A DNA stretch of 52,558 bases from a virus. Taxonomy: Duplodnaviria > Caudoviricetes. The notes under the pieces were generated by a model, which was not told where the DNA came from, did not search any database, and saw nothing but the letters and a program-made list of their open reading frames with translations. Positions 1-7,641 of this stretch are shown here, in pieces (position 1 is the first letter of the stretch; every line of letters begins with the position of its first letter). Made by a program: the position numbers and the translations under genes. The stretch covers positions 1 through 52,558 of the IMG/VR virus record IMGVR_UViG_3300020351_000002. One strand, given 5' to 3'.

Positions 1-42
1 CCAAACTCCCCTGCATCCGTACCATTAGGACACCCCCACGGC

Positions 43-64
43 TTTCAACCTTTAAACGTTGAAA
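43..64. repeat. 22-bp palindromic repeat, copy 1 (TTTCAACCTTTAAACGTTGAAA)
   Basis: Read directly. A degenerate copy follows at 70-90 and overlaps the -35 box. Confidence 0.9.
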
Positions 65-84
65 CATTCTTTCAACTTTAAGAC

Positions 85-114
85 TTGACAGATAGAAATT
101 GCTCGGGATATAAA
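85..114 (+). promoter_or_regulatory. sigma70-type early promoter
   Basis: TTGACA (85-90), N18, TATAAA (109-114), upstream of an AAGGAG RBS and ATG 164. Confidence 0.7.
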
Positions 115-163
115 GGGTTTAACTTAAACAGGCCGAGGGGCCACCACAAAAGGAGCACAGGCA

Positions 164-1159
164 ATGGCACGTAAGAGTAAAAAGACTACCAGCAAGGCGC
201 GTACTTCATCGATTACCAGCAAGCCAAAGAATAAGACAAAGCAGATTAGGGCTACGGGCGTTCGCGGCGATGCTATCGCGAAGGGACAGGACCACGGGAC
301 GGCGATCACGGAGTTTCAGGCGATTGTGAACGGCGCTACCGCTGGCTTTCTATCTCAGGAAAGATTTGCGGACTCCGGACTGCGATCCATTGATATGAGC
401 TACGGCGCTGGATTGACTGGCAAGGGTACAGGCTTCAAGACCTTGACTACGAGGGAGGATAATCAGCCCTTGCACGTAGCAAGTTACACGATCTCCAGTG
501 TGCGCCATGATGACGGCAATTATCAGGCCACAGGAAGGCACCATTTGGCAGGGATCTGCTCAGACACTGGTAGCCCTACCGCGCAAGCAATCGCAGCCAG
601 TCTCCAGGCTTCAGTCTCAATGCGCTCTAGCATGAAGAGAGCCCGCGACCATGTTGCGAAGCTTGAGCGGCAAGGGAAGGTCAAGGCCACCAACAATGAA
701 GACCGTGAACAGGCTATCAGGGCGCGTGGTTCGTTCGTGCCTAACTCTGCTTTTGGCAAGGGTCTTATCCCTAGTTATGGGGCTGTCATGCTTGAACCAG
801 GACCAAAGCGCACCACAGGCAGCAACACCGTCTCCTATCCCCTGCCTACACTGAGCAAGGAGGGGCTCGAATACTTCGCAGACGCTATCAAGGCAGGTGA
901 CGCGATCATGCGACCTATTCAGCCCTGTTACGCGCCAAATAAAAAGCAAGCGCCAAAGACTGCTAGCAAGGCAATGCTTGCCCTGGGTCTGGACTGCGAA
1001 GGAGCGCGCCTTAGAGAGTTCCGCGCATCTATCGGCCTTGAAGGCAAGGGCTCAGCTACTAAGCACGCTCGACAGTGTCTAGCAGCGCTCGTAACGGCTG
1101 GACTGCTAGCACCCGACATGATCGGGGAAGTAGCAGCAGCTAGCGCGAAAGCCTCCTAG
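164..1159 (+). CDS. hypothetical basic protein, first early gene (331 aa)
   Basis: Long ORF with AAAGGAG RBS and K/R/S/T-rich N-terminus; no family recognised. Confidence 0.85.
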   Translation: MARKSKKTTSKARTSSITSKPKNKTKQIRATGVRGDAIAKGQDHGTAITEFQAIVNGATAGFLSQERFADSGLRSIDMSYGAGLTGKGTGFKTLTTREDNQPLHVASYTISSVRHDDGNYQATGRHHLAGICSDTGSPTAQAIAASLQASVSMRSSMKRARDHVAKLERQGKVKATNNEDREQAIRARGSFVPNSAFGKGLIPSYGAVMLEPGPKRTTGSNTVSYPLPTLSKEGLEYFADAIKAGDAIMRPIQPCYAPNKKQAPKTASKAMLALGLDCEGARLREFRASIGLEGKGSATKHARQCLAALVTAGLLAPDMIGEVAAASAKAS

Positions 1160-1160
1160 C

Positions 1161-1254
1161 AGGGGAGCGTCCTAGCAGGCTGCGCGCTCCTTGCGCGTGG
1201 CCTTGCTAGGTGCTGTTCAGTGCTCTGTCTTACAGGGTAGTGATTAGCACCTAG
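1161..1254 (+). promoter_or_regulatory. overlapping hairpins after gene 1 (terminator, attenuator or processing site)
   Basis: CCTAGCAGGC...GCCTTGCTAGG (1171-1210) and CTAGGTGCT...AGCACCTAG (1206-1254); no U-tract. Confidence 0.5.
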
Positions 1255-1266
1255 TCAATCGTCAAT

Positions 1267-1288
1267 CTTCAATCTTTAAAGGTTGAAA
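1267..1288. repeat. 22-bp palindromic repeat, copy 2 (CTTCAATCTTTAAAGGTTGAAA)
   Basis: Read directly; precedes RBS and ATG 1308. Confidence 0.95.
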
Positions 1289-1307
1289 CATTCAAAGGAG
1301 TGAAGAC

Positions 1308-1523
1308 ATGGAAGTAGCAATAAGCAACCTGAGCAGGGCAACGACTACCTATATAGCGTCCTGCGAGGAAGATTGCAGGGACAAGACGGACCTAGCCGTA
1401 TACCGGCTGTGCGTAGAGCATGACGACACCGTTGTGATGGGCCGATGTATCGGAACACCTATGCGAATCGTTGAAGACATGCGAGACACTGAGCGCAAGC
1501 GAATAGCCGAGATGGGGGGATGA
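1308..1523 (+). CDS. hypothetical protein
   Basis: AAAGGAG RBS; tightly packed with the next gene. Confidence 0.75.
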   Translation: MEVAISNLSRATTTYIASCEEDCRDKTDLAVYRLCVEHDDTVVMGRCIGTPMRIVEDMRDTERKRIAEMGG

Positions 1524-1524
1524 C

Positions 1525-1884
1525 ATGACCGAGGACAACGACAGATACATAGTCACCATATACGGAGACGGGGATTGCATTACGCGATTCGCTAAGTACG
1601 GCAGGCAAGGGCACATCGAAGCCATTGAGTCGGTGGATTGGGAGGTACATAACAAGCATGCAAGGCGTGCGACCGTAGAGCGAGAGCTACCAGGGGGCGA
1701 GCTAAAGATGGTCTACGAGCGGGAGCAGGACACCTATGAGGTGACCGGGGTAGACCGATCCGGCAGGCGATTTAAGCAAGCATATAAAAGCAAGTTTTTC
1801 GCTATGGGAGTCAACCTATGGCGAGGCAGCGTATGGCATGTGCGAGACGGGAAGCGAAAGCTGATCAAGCGAGTAACCAACTAA
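1525..1884 (+). CDS. hypothetical phage protein
   Basis: Coupled to the previous gene; stop lies 5 nt before repeat copy 3. Confidence 0.8.
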   Translation: MTEDNDRYIVTIYGDGDCITRFAKYGRQGHIEAIESVDWEVHNKHARRATVERELPGGELKMVYEREQDTYEVTGVDRSGRRFKQAYKSKFFAMGVNLWRGSVWHVRDGKRKLIKRVTN

Positions 1885-1889
1885 CAACC

Positions 1890-1911
1890 TTTCAACCTTT
1901 AAAAGTTGAAA
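1890..1911. repeat. 22-bp palindromic repeat, copy 3 (TTTCAACCTTTAAAAGTTGAAA)
   Basis: Read directly. Confidence 0.95.
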
Positions 1912-1929
1912 GCCAAAGGAGGAGAGAAA

Positions 1930-2172
1930 ATGGAAGGCTTACCAGTTTGGATCGTGGCCTATGGCGAAGCATATCAAGGGTACACGGTCGCCCCAGAAAT
2001 ACCTGCTCGCACTAGTTACATAGCGCAACAGATAGCAGCGCGAGAGTATGCAGAGGAAAGTCTTATATGGGGAGATGAAGTTATGACGCGGGAAGATCGC
2101 GAGGATGGATCGGTAATGTGGTCAAAGGGCTGTGATCGCGTCTACCTGCTTCCCTTGCGAGTGGAGATCTAA
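1930..2172 (+). CDS. hypothetical protein
   Basis: AAGGAGGAG RBS supports ATG 1930 rather than the TTG inside the repeat. Confidence 0.8.
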   Translation: MEGLPVWIVAYGEAYQGYTVAPEIPARTSYIAQQIAAREYAEESLIWGDEVMTREDREDGSVMWSKGCDRVYLLPLRVEI

Positions 2173-2174
2173 AG

Positions 2175-2196
2175 TTTCAACTTTTAAAAGTTGAAA
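2175..2196. repeat. 22-bp palindromic repeat, copy 4 (perfect: TTTCAACTTTTAAAAGTTGAAA)
   Basis: Perfect inverted repeat 2 nt after a stop codon. Confidence 0.95.
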
Positions 2197-2219
2197 GCTG
2201 GCAGGGAAGGGGAAATCCA

Positions 2220-2402
2220 ATGCCAATTTGGAATGAAGAGAGGCTAGATCCTGGCATCGATCTACGCCGCCAAAATGCGACGATTAGAGCACGGCTAAGC
2301 CGACAACGGATTACAGATCCACAGCCGATATGTGAAGCAAACGAGTCACCGCGAATCAACACGGTGATCGATTCTCAATCTTTAAAAGTTGAAAGGGAGT
2401 AG
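2220..2402 (+). CDS. short hypothetical protein or gene remnant reading through repeat copy 5
   Basis: GGAAGGGG RBS; the C-terminal SQSLKVERE is encoded by the repeat and the next RBS. Confidence 0.5.
   Translation: MPIWNEERLDPGIDLRRQNATIRARLSRQRITDPQPICEANESPRINTVIDSQSLKVERE
2373..2394. repeat. 22-bp palindromic repeat, copy 5 (TCTCAATCTTTAAAAGTTGAAA)
   Basis: Read directly. Confidence 0.95.
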
Positions 2403-2406
2403 AAAA

Positions 2407-2808
2407 ATGACACGCACGAAAAGGATAAAGGTCGTCAGAGATATGGCCCAGCGCATCCGATATGTCTGCGACACGCAAAGCATCTATCGTTTTCGCGACA
2501 TCGAAAGCACCATCAGGAAGCAAGAGCGCCAACACCGCAAGGGCTACGGGGCCAGTGGATACCGGGAGCCAGTCGCCGTCGCCGTCGATTACTTCATTGT
2601 TCGCTGCTTTGCCGACGCATTCCGGGTGGTGCGAGATACCGAAACGGCGCGGGATGTGCTGGATAATCTCGGTGTTCGTCTTGATTACCTGATGGCGATC
2701 TCCGTGGTCGCTCAATATGAAGCCGAGATCACCTCCTCTGTCCACGTTGGCGACCTAATGGAAGCCGCAGACACCCTCGACTATTCAGACGACATCGCGC
2801 GCAGATAG
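2407..2808 (+). CDS. hypothetical protein
   Basis: GGGAG RBS directly after the repeat; ATG 2407. Confidence 0.8.
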   Translation: MTRTKRIKVVRDMAQRIRYVCDTQSIYRFRDIESTIRKQERQHRKGYGASGYREPVAVAVDYFIVRCFADAFRVVRDTETARDVLDNLGVRLDYLMAISVVAQYEAEITSSVHVGDLMEAADTLDYSDDIARR

Positions 2809-2819
2809 CGGCGATGAAC

Positions 2820-2841
2820 TCTCAACCTTTAAAGATTGAAA
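2820..2841. repeat. 22-bp palindromic repeat, copy 6 (TCTCAACCTTTAAAGATTGAAA)
   Basis: Read directly. Confidence 0.95.
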
Positions 2842-2853
2842 AGGAGCAACGGC

Positions 2854-3081
2854 ATGACTGAAGCACAACTCACCTCAATTAAGAGGCTCGTCTCTACTTA
2901 CAACTCAACCTTAGAGCACACCAGTGTCCTGCATGACATAGACGGTACCGGGATTATGGGCCTACCACCTGGATGGATCCTTGTGAACGTGTGCCGAACC
3001 GAGGTTGGCAAGCAGCCACACCAATGCAATTCGATAATCGTACAGGCTGGCATCGCTCCCGATGGCAGCGTCTCAACCTAA
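2854..3081 (+). CDS. hypothetical protein
   Basis: AAGGAG RBS abutting the repeat; ATG 2854. Confidence 0.8.
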   Translation: MTEAQLTSIKRLVSTYNSTLEHTSVLHDIDGTGIMGLPPGWILVNVCRTEVGKQPHQCNSIIVQAGIAPDGSVST

Positions 3082-3088
3082 CAATAAT

Positions 3089-3102
3089 TCTCAACCTTTA
3101 AA
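3089..3102. repeat. left part of a split repeat copy (TCTCAACCTTTAAA)
   Basis: Right arm is absent here; a matching right arm GATTGAAA lies at 3474-3481. Confidence 0.8.
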
Positions 3103-3279
3103 AAGTCGGGCCTGTCAGTCTCTCACGAGGCGGGCGGCACGGTTCGTATATTCACGCCAAAGATGTCTAAGTTTGATGTCGTTGCCGGATGGAGCGACTG
3201 CAAGGGCGGGCGATTCGTTGTCAGGGAGACAACGAAGTCCGCGTAACTGCCCAGCGATGGGCAATGGAAGGAGAGAGAG

Positions 3280-3489
3280 ATGACCATTAGTCAAGTTGAT
3301 CGAAGCACTGTGAAGATGCTCCTTGATGAGGCGGAGGAGGCTCTGGGCCGAATCGCCATGAGGCACGGCATCGTCGTGTCTAGGAAGCACTGCACATACT
3401 CCAAGACCGAGGTCCCCGTGGCTTTCAAGTTCGTCATCCCTGAGAGGGCCGAGGACGGAACGGCTATCGACCCGATTGAAAAGGAGTGA
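3280..3489 (+). CDS. hypothetical phage protein, probably C-terminally truncated
   Basis: AGGAGAGAGAG RBS; last codons (IEKE*) come from the repeat right arm and the next RBS. Confidence 0.7.
   Translation: MTISQVDRSTVKMLLDEAEEALGRIAMRHGIVVSRKHCTYSKTEVPVAFKFVIPERAEDGTAIDPIEKE
3474..3481. repeat. right part of the split repeat copy (GATTGAAA)
   Basis: 3474-3500 matches 2834-2860 (copy 6 arm plus RBS/start) at 24/27 nt. Confidence 0.75.
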
Positions 3490-3493
3490 AGGC

Positions 3494-3784
3494 ATGACTG
3501 GATACGCATGGGTGATCACAAGGGACCGTATTGATGGCGGCATGGAAAATGGAACGGTCGGATCATGGAAAGCGGCGCTAAGTGCTGCCGAGATCCGTTC
3601 GAGCGAAGGCGGTGAGCGGTTCTCGATGTACGACGACGACGGGAACTGTTGCTACGAGGGGATCTTTGTAGGCGACGACGATGCCACCGGGTTCGAGCCT
3701 CTCAAAGACTTCGGGATACCGAACGCGGGGTGCACAGAAATACGCTACCGCAACCCGAACACCGGGAAGATGGAGCGTCTCTAA
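3494..3784 (+). CDS. hypothetical phage protein
   Basis: AAGGAG RBS, ATG 3494; YDDDG..YEG and GCTEIRY motifs typical of small phage early proteins. Confidence 0.8.
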   Translation: MTGYAWVITRDRIDGGMENGTVGSWKAALSAAEIRSSEGGERFSMYDDDGNCCYEGIFVGDDDATGFEPLKDFGIPNAGCTEIRYRNPNTGKMERL

Positions 3785-3785
3785 A

Positions 3786-3807
3786 ACTCAACCTTTAAAG
3801 ATTGAAA
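3786..3807. repeat. 22-bp palindromic repeat, copy 7 (ACTCAACCTTTAAAGATTGAAA)
   Basis: 1 nt after a stop codon. Confidence 0.95.
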
Positions 3808-3814
3808 AGAAGAC

Positions 3815-4129
3815 ATGAATAACGAACACAAGCCTAAGCCACGGCGCTCGCCGTGGAGAATCCATCGCCTTGAAAAAGGCTTTGAGATCTTTTGGAGAGA
3901 CGACGGCGATGGGGTCGAGTCTTACACTTACGTCGCAACAGCCCGCCAACACAGCAACGCCAGACGCATAGCCGCTGCGCCTGAAATGCTGGCTGTATTG
4001 GTGGCGGCGCGGGCAAGCATCTCCGACGCCCTGAGCCCAGACCCGTCGACAGACTGGAGAGACAGCCTAACCGACGCACTAGACGCAATTAACGCAACCA
4101 TTAACGACGCAACCAAGGAGGAAGCATGA
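3815..4129 (+). CDS. hypothetical phage protein (NARxIAAAPE-type motif)
   Basis: NARRIAAAPEMLAVL motif is common in phage early hypothetical proteins. Confidence 0.8.
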   Translation: MNNEHKPKPRRSPWRIHRLEKGFEIFWRDDGDGVESYTYVATARQHSNARRIAAAPEMLAVLVAARASISDALSPDPSTDWRDSLTDALDAINATINDATKEEA

Positions 4130-4623
4130 ACTTCGCAACATACCTACCCATACCACCAGACCTTCTAGAGCTTCCCAAAGCCACGGCGATTCGTGGCTGG
4201 ATAGGGCTAGACCACCGACTGCTAGATGGCACACGGATCAGACCGAGAATTAGGACAGCCGTGAACGCTATCGCATGGGCGCAGGCTGGGGGCACGGCCC
4301 CTATGGTTGTCCAGGAAGGCTACGTCACACGCAAGGAAGGCGAGACGACTCACACAGCAGAAGAGTTTGTGGAGCAATACCGTCGATCACGCGAAGAGAT
4401 AGACATTCTGATCTACGAGGTACGAACTGCCGCGGGAGCAAGTATAGGCATACCCGTAGCAAAGGACGCAGCCGACAGCGAAGAGGGCAGGATAGAGCTT
4501 GTCATGTCGATGATTGACAAAAACCTGCTCATTGAACTGGGATTAACGATCACTCTCCTCAGAGAGGAGCGCGGCCCGCGATACAGGGCAAAAAACTTTC
4601 AATCTTTAAAGGTTGAAAGCTAA
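4126..4623 (+). CDS. hypothetical protein reading through repeat copy 8
   Basis: ATGA overlap and AAGGAGG RBS; C-terminal FQSLKVES is encoded by the repeat. Confidence 0.75.
   Translation: MNFATYLPIPPDLLELPKATAIRGWIGLDHRLLDGTRIRPRIRTAVNAIAWAQAGGTAPMVVQEGYVTRKEGETTHTAEEFVEQYRRSREEIDILIYEVRTAAGASIGIPVAKDAADSEEGRIELVMSMIDKNLLIELGLTITLLREERGPRYRAKNFQSLKVES
4597..4618. repeat. 22-bp palindromic repeat, copy 8 (TTTCAATCTTTAAAGGTTGAAA)
   Basis: Read directly. Confidence 0.95.
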
Positions 4624-4644
4624 AAGCACCTTGCACATGTCAGG

Positions 4645-4673
4645 TTGACAGCCTGCAATCTATAGAGTAAGGT
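4645..4673 (+). promoter_or_regulatory. sigma70-type promoter
   Basis: TTGACA (4645-4650), N17, TAAGGT (4668-4673); the -35 lies in a small TGTCA-N3-TGACA dyad. Confidence 0.65.
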
Positions 4674-4702
4674 ATACACTCAACGTCAAGGAAGGGGTTC
4701 CA

Positions 4703-5542
4703 ATGACACCAATAACAAACAAGGGCGTTCGCTCTGTAATTGTCTGGCTCGGTTTTGATCCAGACAGTGACGATTTAATAGACAGCCTCCGATACACCAA
4801 GAGCGGAAGGCTCAGGCGGCTGTTTGGCAAGAACTTCAAGTGTGAGATGGGGGAATTGCAGGCTGTACTGACTGCGGTATTACACCTGTCGCCATGGAAA
4901 GAGGCTGGCTTCAATACCTGCGCCTTTGCTGGGGCATGTGCCGAGGTCTGCATCAAGACGACCGGACAGTGCGTGACAAACACGGCGCTTCGCTCTCGCA
5001 TCTGTAAGACGCTCTACTTCTTTCTATTCCGAGAGGAGTTTCTCGATCAGTTGCGGATGGAGATTCGCCAGCACATTTACATGGCGAAGATCAAGGGCAT
5101 GCGAGCAGCTATCAGGCTGAACGCTACGAGCGACATTCTATGGGAGCGCACGGGGATCATCGATGAGTTCCCAGAGGTGCAGTTTTACGACTACACGAAG
5201 ATCCCTTTAGAGAAGCGCAACCCACCACCTAACTACCACCTGACGTTCAGCCTAAGCGAGGACCCGAAGTCTATGGGTAGGGCCTTGTCGTATCTGGAGG
5301 CGGGACACAACGCCGCGATGGTAGTGCAGACGCTTGACGGGATGAAGAGGGGCGACGCCAAGAGGGCATCCCAAAGTCTTGTGGAGGCTGGCTCATGGAA
5401 CGGATACCCAACCTTCTCTGGTGATAACAACGACATCAGGTTTTGGGATCCACCGGGAAGCTGGATTGTCCTGTACGCCAAGGGACCGGCGACAAAGGAC
5501 ACCTCTGGGTTTGTTCAACGCCTACCAATTATCAACCTTTAA
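4703..5542 (+). CDS. GP88-like phage protein (Cys-cluster, radical-SAM-like)
   Basis: NTCAFAGACAEVC, RLNATSD, QFYDYTK and NYHLTFS motifs characteristic of the phage GP88 family. Confidence 0.8.
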   Translation: MTPITNKGVRSVIVWLGFDPDSDDLIDSLRYTKSGRLRRLFGKNFKCEMGELQAVLTAVLHLSPWKEAGFNTCAFAGACAEVCIKTTGQCVTNTALRSRICKTLYFFLFREEFLDQLRMEIRQHIYMAKIKGMRAAIRLNATSDILWERTGIIDEFPEVQFYDYTKIPLEKRNPPPNYHLTFSLSEDPKSMGRALSYLEAGHNAAMVVQTLDGMKRGDAKRASQSLVEAGSWNGYPTFSGDNNDIRFWDPPGSWIVLYAKGPATKDTSGFVQRLPIINL

Positions 5543-5551
5543 AGATTGAAA
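5530..5551. repeat. 22-bp palindromic repeat, copy 9 (TATCAACCTTTAAAGATTGAAA)
   Basis: Its central TAA is the stop codon of the GP88-like gene. Confidence 0.95.
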
Positions 5552-5566
5552 CCAGAAGGAGGAAGC

Positions 5567-5740
5567 ATGAGTGAAGACGAATACATTTACATAAGCGTAA
5601 AGCTCTACCTCAAGGCAGGGCAAACGATGGAGTCTGTCCAAGAGATCGTGCAGGAAATGGACTACTCGTTTGCTCACAAGGAGTTGGTTGAGCATGAAAT
5701 CATAGAGATAACGGACACATCCATAGAGGGGGAAGTATGA
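5567..5740 (+). CDS. hypothetical acidic protein
   Basis: AAGGAGG RBS, ATG 5567. Confidence 0.75.
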   Translation: MSEDEYIYISVKLYLKAGQTMESVQEIVQEMDYSFAHKELVEHEIIEITDTSIEGEV

Positions 5741-6015
5741 GCAACATAAGGAGAATGTTCGAACTTTCCACCGTGCATGTTCCGGGGCCCGATCCCGACT
5801 GGGGCGACCTGAAGGTCAAGGACCATGAGTATGGGTGGGTCGTCTGGGTCTACGACCCCGACGACAACCTGTCGCCTGAATGGATGAAGCCGATCATGAA
5901 GTTGGCCTACAGCAAGAACTGCGCCCTCATCTTGTTCGACTCTGACGCTGGCGAGTGGGAGGACACCGAACTGCACAGCCTAACGCAGTTCCAAGATCTC
6001 TGGGAGGAAGTATGA
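5737..6015 (+). CDS. hypothetical protein, DUF5983-like
   Basis: LSTVH, EYGWVVW and ILFDSDA motifs; ATGA overlap. Confidence 0.6.
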   Translation: MSNIRRMFELSTVHVPGPDPDWGDLKVKDHEYGWVVWVYDPDDNLSPEWMKPIMKLAYSKNCALILFDSDAGEWEDTELHSLTQFQDLWEEV

Positions 6016-6272
6016 GCAATCTATCCCCTGACTGGGGGAACTACTACGGCACCTGCATGGACTGCGGAGGGAGGTACCACGCTAGTGGTACGGAGCATTG
6101 CAACTGCGAAGAGTGTGAGAGATGTGAGGGAATCACAGCACCTGACGACCTGGACGAAGGGACCTGTCTTGGGTGCTGGGAAATGGGAGATGTGTGCTGC
6201 CCTGTCTGCAAGGAGTGGACGTTTAAAGAGCACCTTGAAGATGGGGCTTGCCCCGACTGTGTAACCCATTAA
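6012..6272 (+). CDS. Cys-rich putative zinc-binding protein
   Basis: Several CxxC pairs; GGAGG RBS; ATGA overlap. Confidence 0.75.
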   Translation: MSNLSPDWGNYYGTCMDCGGRYHASGTEHCNCEECERCEGITAPDDLDEGTCLGCWEMGDVCCPVCKEWTFKEHLEDGACPDCVTH

Positions 6273-6277
6273 CAGAC

Positions 6278-6299
6278 CTTCAACCTTTAGAGATTGAAG
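6278..6299. repeat. 22-bp palindromic repeat, copy 10 (CTTCAACCTTTAGAGATTGAAG)
   Basis: Slightly degenerate; 5 nt after a stop codon. Confidence 0.9.
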
Positions 6300-6320
6300 G
6301 CGTAGAAAGGAGAGGAAGGC

Positions 6321-6647
6321 ATGGCCGCTGTGGACAATGAATATATAAGCGCTCGAATTGCCGAGATAAGCGTCAGAGAGAAGGTCTCTGGCCTTAAAAA
6401 AACTATTGAAAGAGAAACCAAAAGAATAGAGGAGGCTGCACAGGTCGTTGATATGCAAATACAACAGCTATTAGAGGATATGAAGGGGGGCGACCCTTGT
6501 TCCGCTAACAGCTGGGGAGAGCCAGGTTTTAGGGCAATGCGTCAGGAACTAGACAGGCTTTATGGAAAAGTAAACTTTTACTCCGGGATGATGATGTCCC
6601 TAAGTCTGGTGAGCAACCACATAGACGTTCATTGGAAGGGGTTTTGA
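6321..6647 (+). CDS. hypothetical coiled-coil protein
   Basis: AAGGAGAGG RBS; helical heptad pattern. Confidence 0.8.
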   Translation: MAAVDNEYISARIAEISVREKVSGLKKTIERETKRIEEAAQVVDMQIQQLLEDMKGGDPCSANSWGEPGFRAMRQELDRLYGKVNFYSGMMMSLSLVSNHIDVHWKGF

Positions 6648-6648
6648 T

Positions 6649-6867
6649 ATGGGTCCAATATCAATGAGTCTAGTAACAGCAAAAAGGATTGAGACATTTC
6701 TAAGCTGGCACCTTGAGGCTGGTACTCCAGAGTTTATGAGGCCCGAAAAGGTTGATAGGGAGTCCGCAAAGAACCTTCTTATTACGATAAGAGAGGCTCT
6801 TAGGGAGCTGGATGAGAACGAGTCTCTGTGGATCGAGATTGGTGTTGGTCCAGAGGGGGCTGGGTAA
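6649..6867 (+). CDS. hypothetical protein
   Basis: Tightly packed in the operon. Confidence 0.7.
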   Translation: MGPISMSLVTAKRIETFLSWHLEAGTPEFMRPEKVDRESAKNLLITIREALRELDENESLWIEIGVGPEGAG

Positions 6868-7034
6868 TGGATTACTGCAACATTACCGAAGTTGAAGAGT
6901 GCGATCAGTGCGACCGAGCCAGCAGTGGCCGAGAGTATGGATTCAAGTGCGAAGCCAATCAGTGCGGGAACTGTGGCGACACCTACCGGGACTGCGAAGG
7001 CTCTTGCAACAACGGCTGCTCAGGGGCTTCCTAA
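6867..7034 (+). CDS. small Cys-rich protein
   Basis: TAATG stop/start coupling at 6865-6869; multiple Cys. Confidence 0.6.
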   Translation: MDYCNITEVEECDQCDRASSGREYGFKCEANQCGNCGDTYRDCEGSCNNGCSGAS

Positions 7035-7043
7035 ACAGAGAGG

Positions 7044-7253
7044 ATGGACAGCGGCATGACAGTTATAGAGCTGGCTGCGTACAGGAAAGCAAAGTACGGG
7101 GACACAGAGGAACGGGATGAGGGTGTGATCTACAAATGGACTTGTTGCGTATGCAAGTGCTTTGCCTACAAACTGCTTGAGGACATCCCAAAAAAGTGTC
7201 CCGTCTGCAGGAGTTATATAGACCAGATAGAGGTTTATGAAGGAGATGAGTGA
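7044..7253 (+). CDS. rubredoxin-like zinc-ribbon protein
   Basis: WTCCVC...KCPVC pattern. Confidence 0.65.
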   Translation: MDSGMTVIELAAYRKAKYGDTEERDEGVIYKWTCCVCKCFAYKLLEDIPKKCPVCRSYIDQIEVYEGDE

Positions 7254-7624
7254 TGCCAGGAAAACTACTGAAGACAGAAGAAGAAGAGGCTGCTTTCGTT
7301 AAGGACTACGAAAAGCTGGTGTCCGTCAAAGACCTTGCTAAGAAGTGGGGGTGTACTCGACAAACAGCGAGCGCATCACTTAAGAGGCTTGGTGTTAAGG
7401 TCCAAAGGCCGCGAGGGAAGGATGCCAATGGCCGAAACTGGAAGGGCGACTACCACCCAATGCTTGGCAAGTGGCCAGACTCTTTGGTCGCAAAGGACAT
7501 ATTGCTAAGGACTGGTAAGAAGGTTTCCAGAGCGGCTGTTTGTCAGGCTAGAAAGCGAAGAGGGATCAAGGCACTGTCAGAAGCACAGCATGAAGCCATG
7601 AAGGCCCGGATAGACGGGGGCTAG
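7250..7624 (+). CDS. putative double-HTH DNA-binding protein
   Basis: SVKDLAKKWGCTRQTASASLKRLG and LGKWPDSLVAK...VSRAAVCQARKRRGI HTH-like segments. Confidence 0.7.
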   Translation: MMPGKLLKTEEEEAAFVKDYEKLVSVKDLAKKWGCTRQTASASLKRLGVKVQRPRGKDANGRNWKGDYHPMLGKWPDSLVAKDILLRTGKKVSRAAVCQARKRRGIKALSEAQHEAMKARIDGG

Positions 7625-7641
7625 ACAGCGAGACCCTCTCA

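Noticed and set aside
43-64. Protelomerase (telRL-type) site
   Set aside because: No protelomerase gene recognised, and the motif is multicopy rather than unique.
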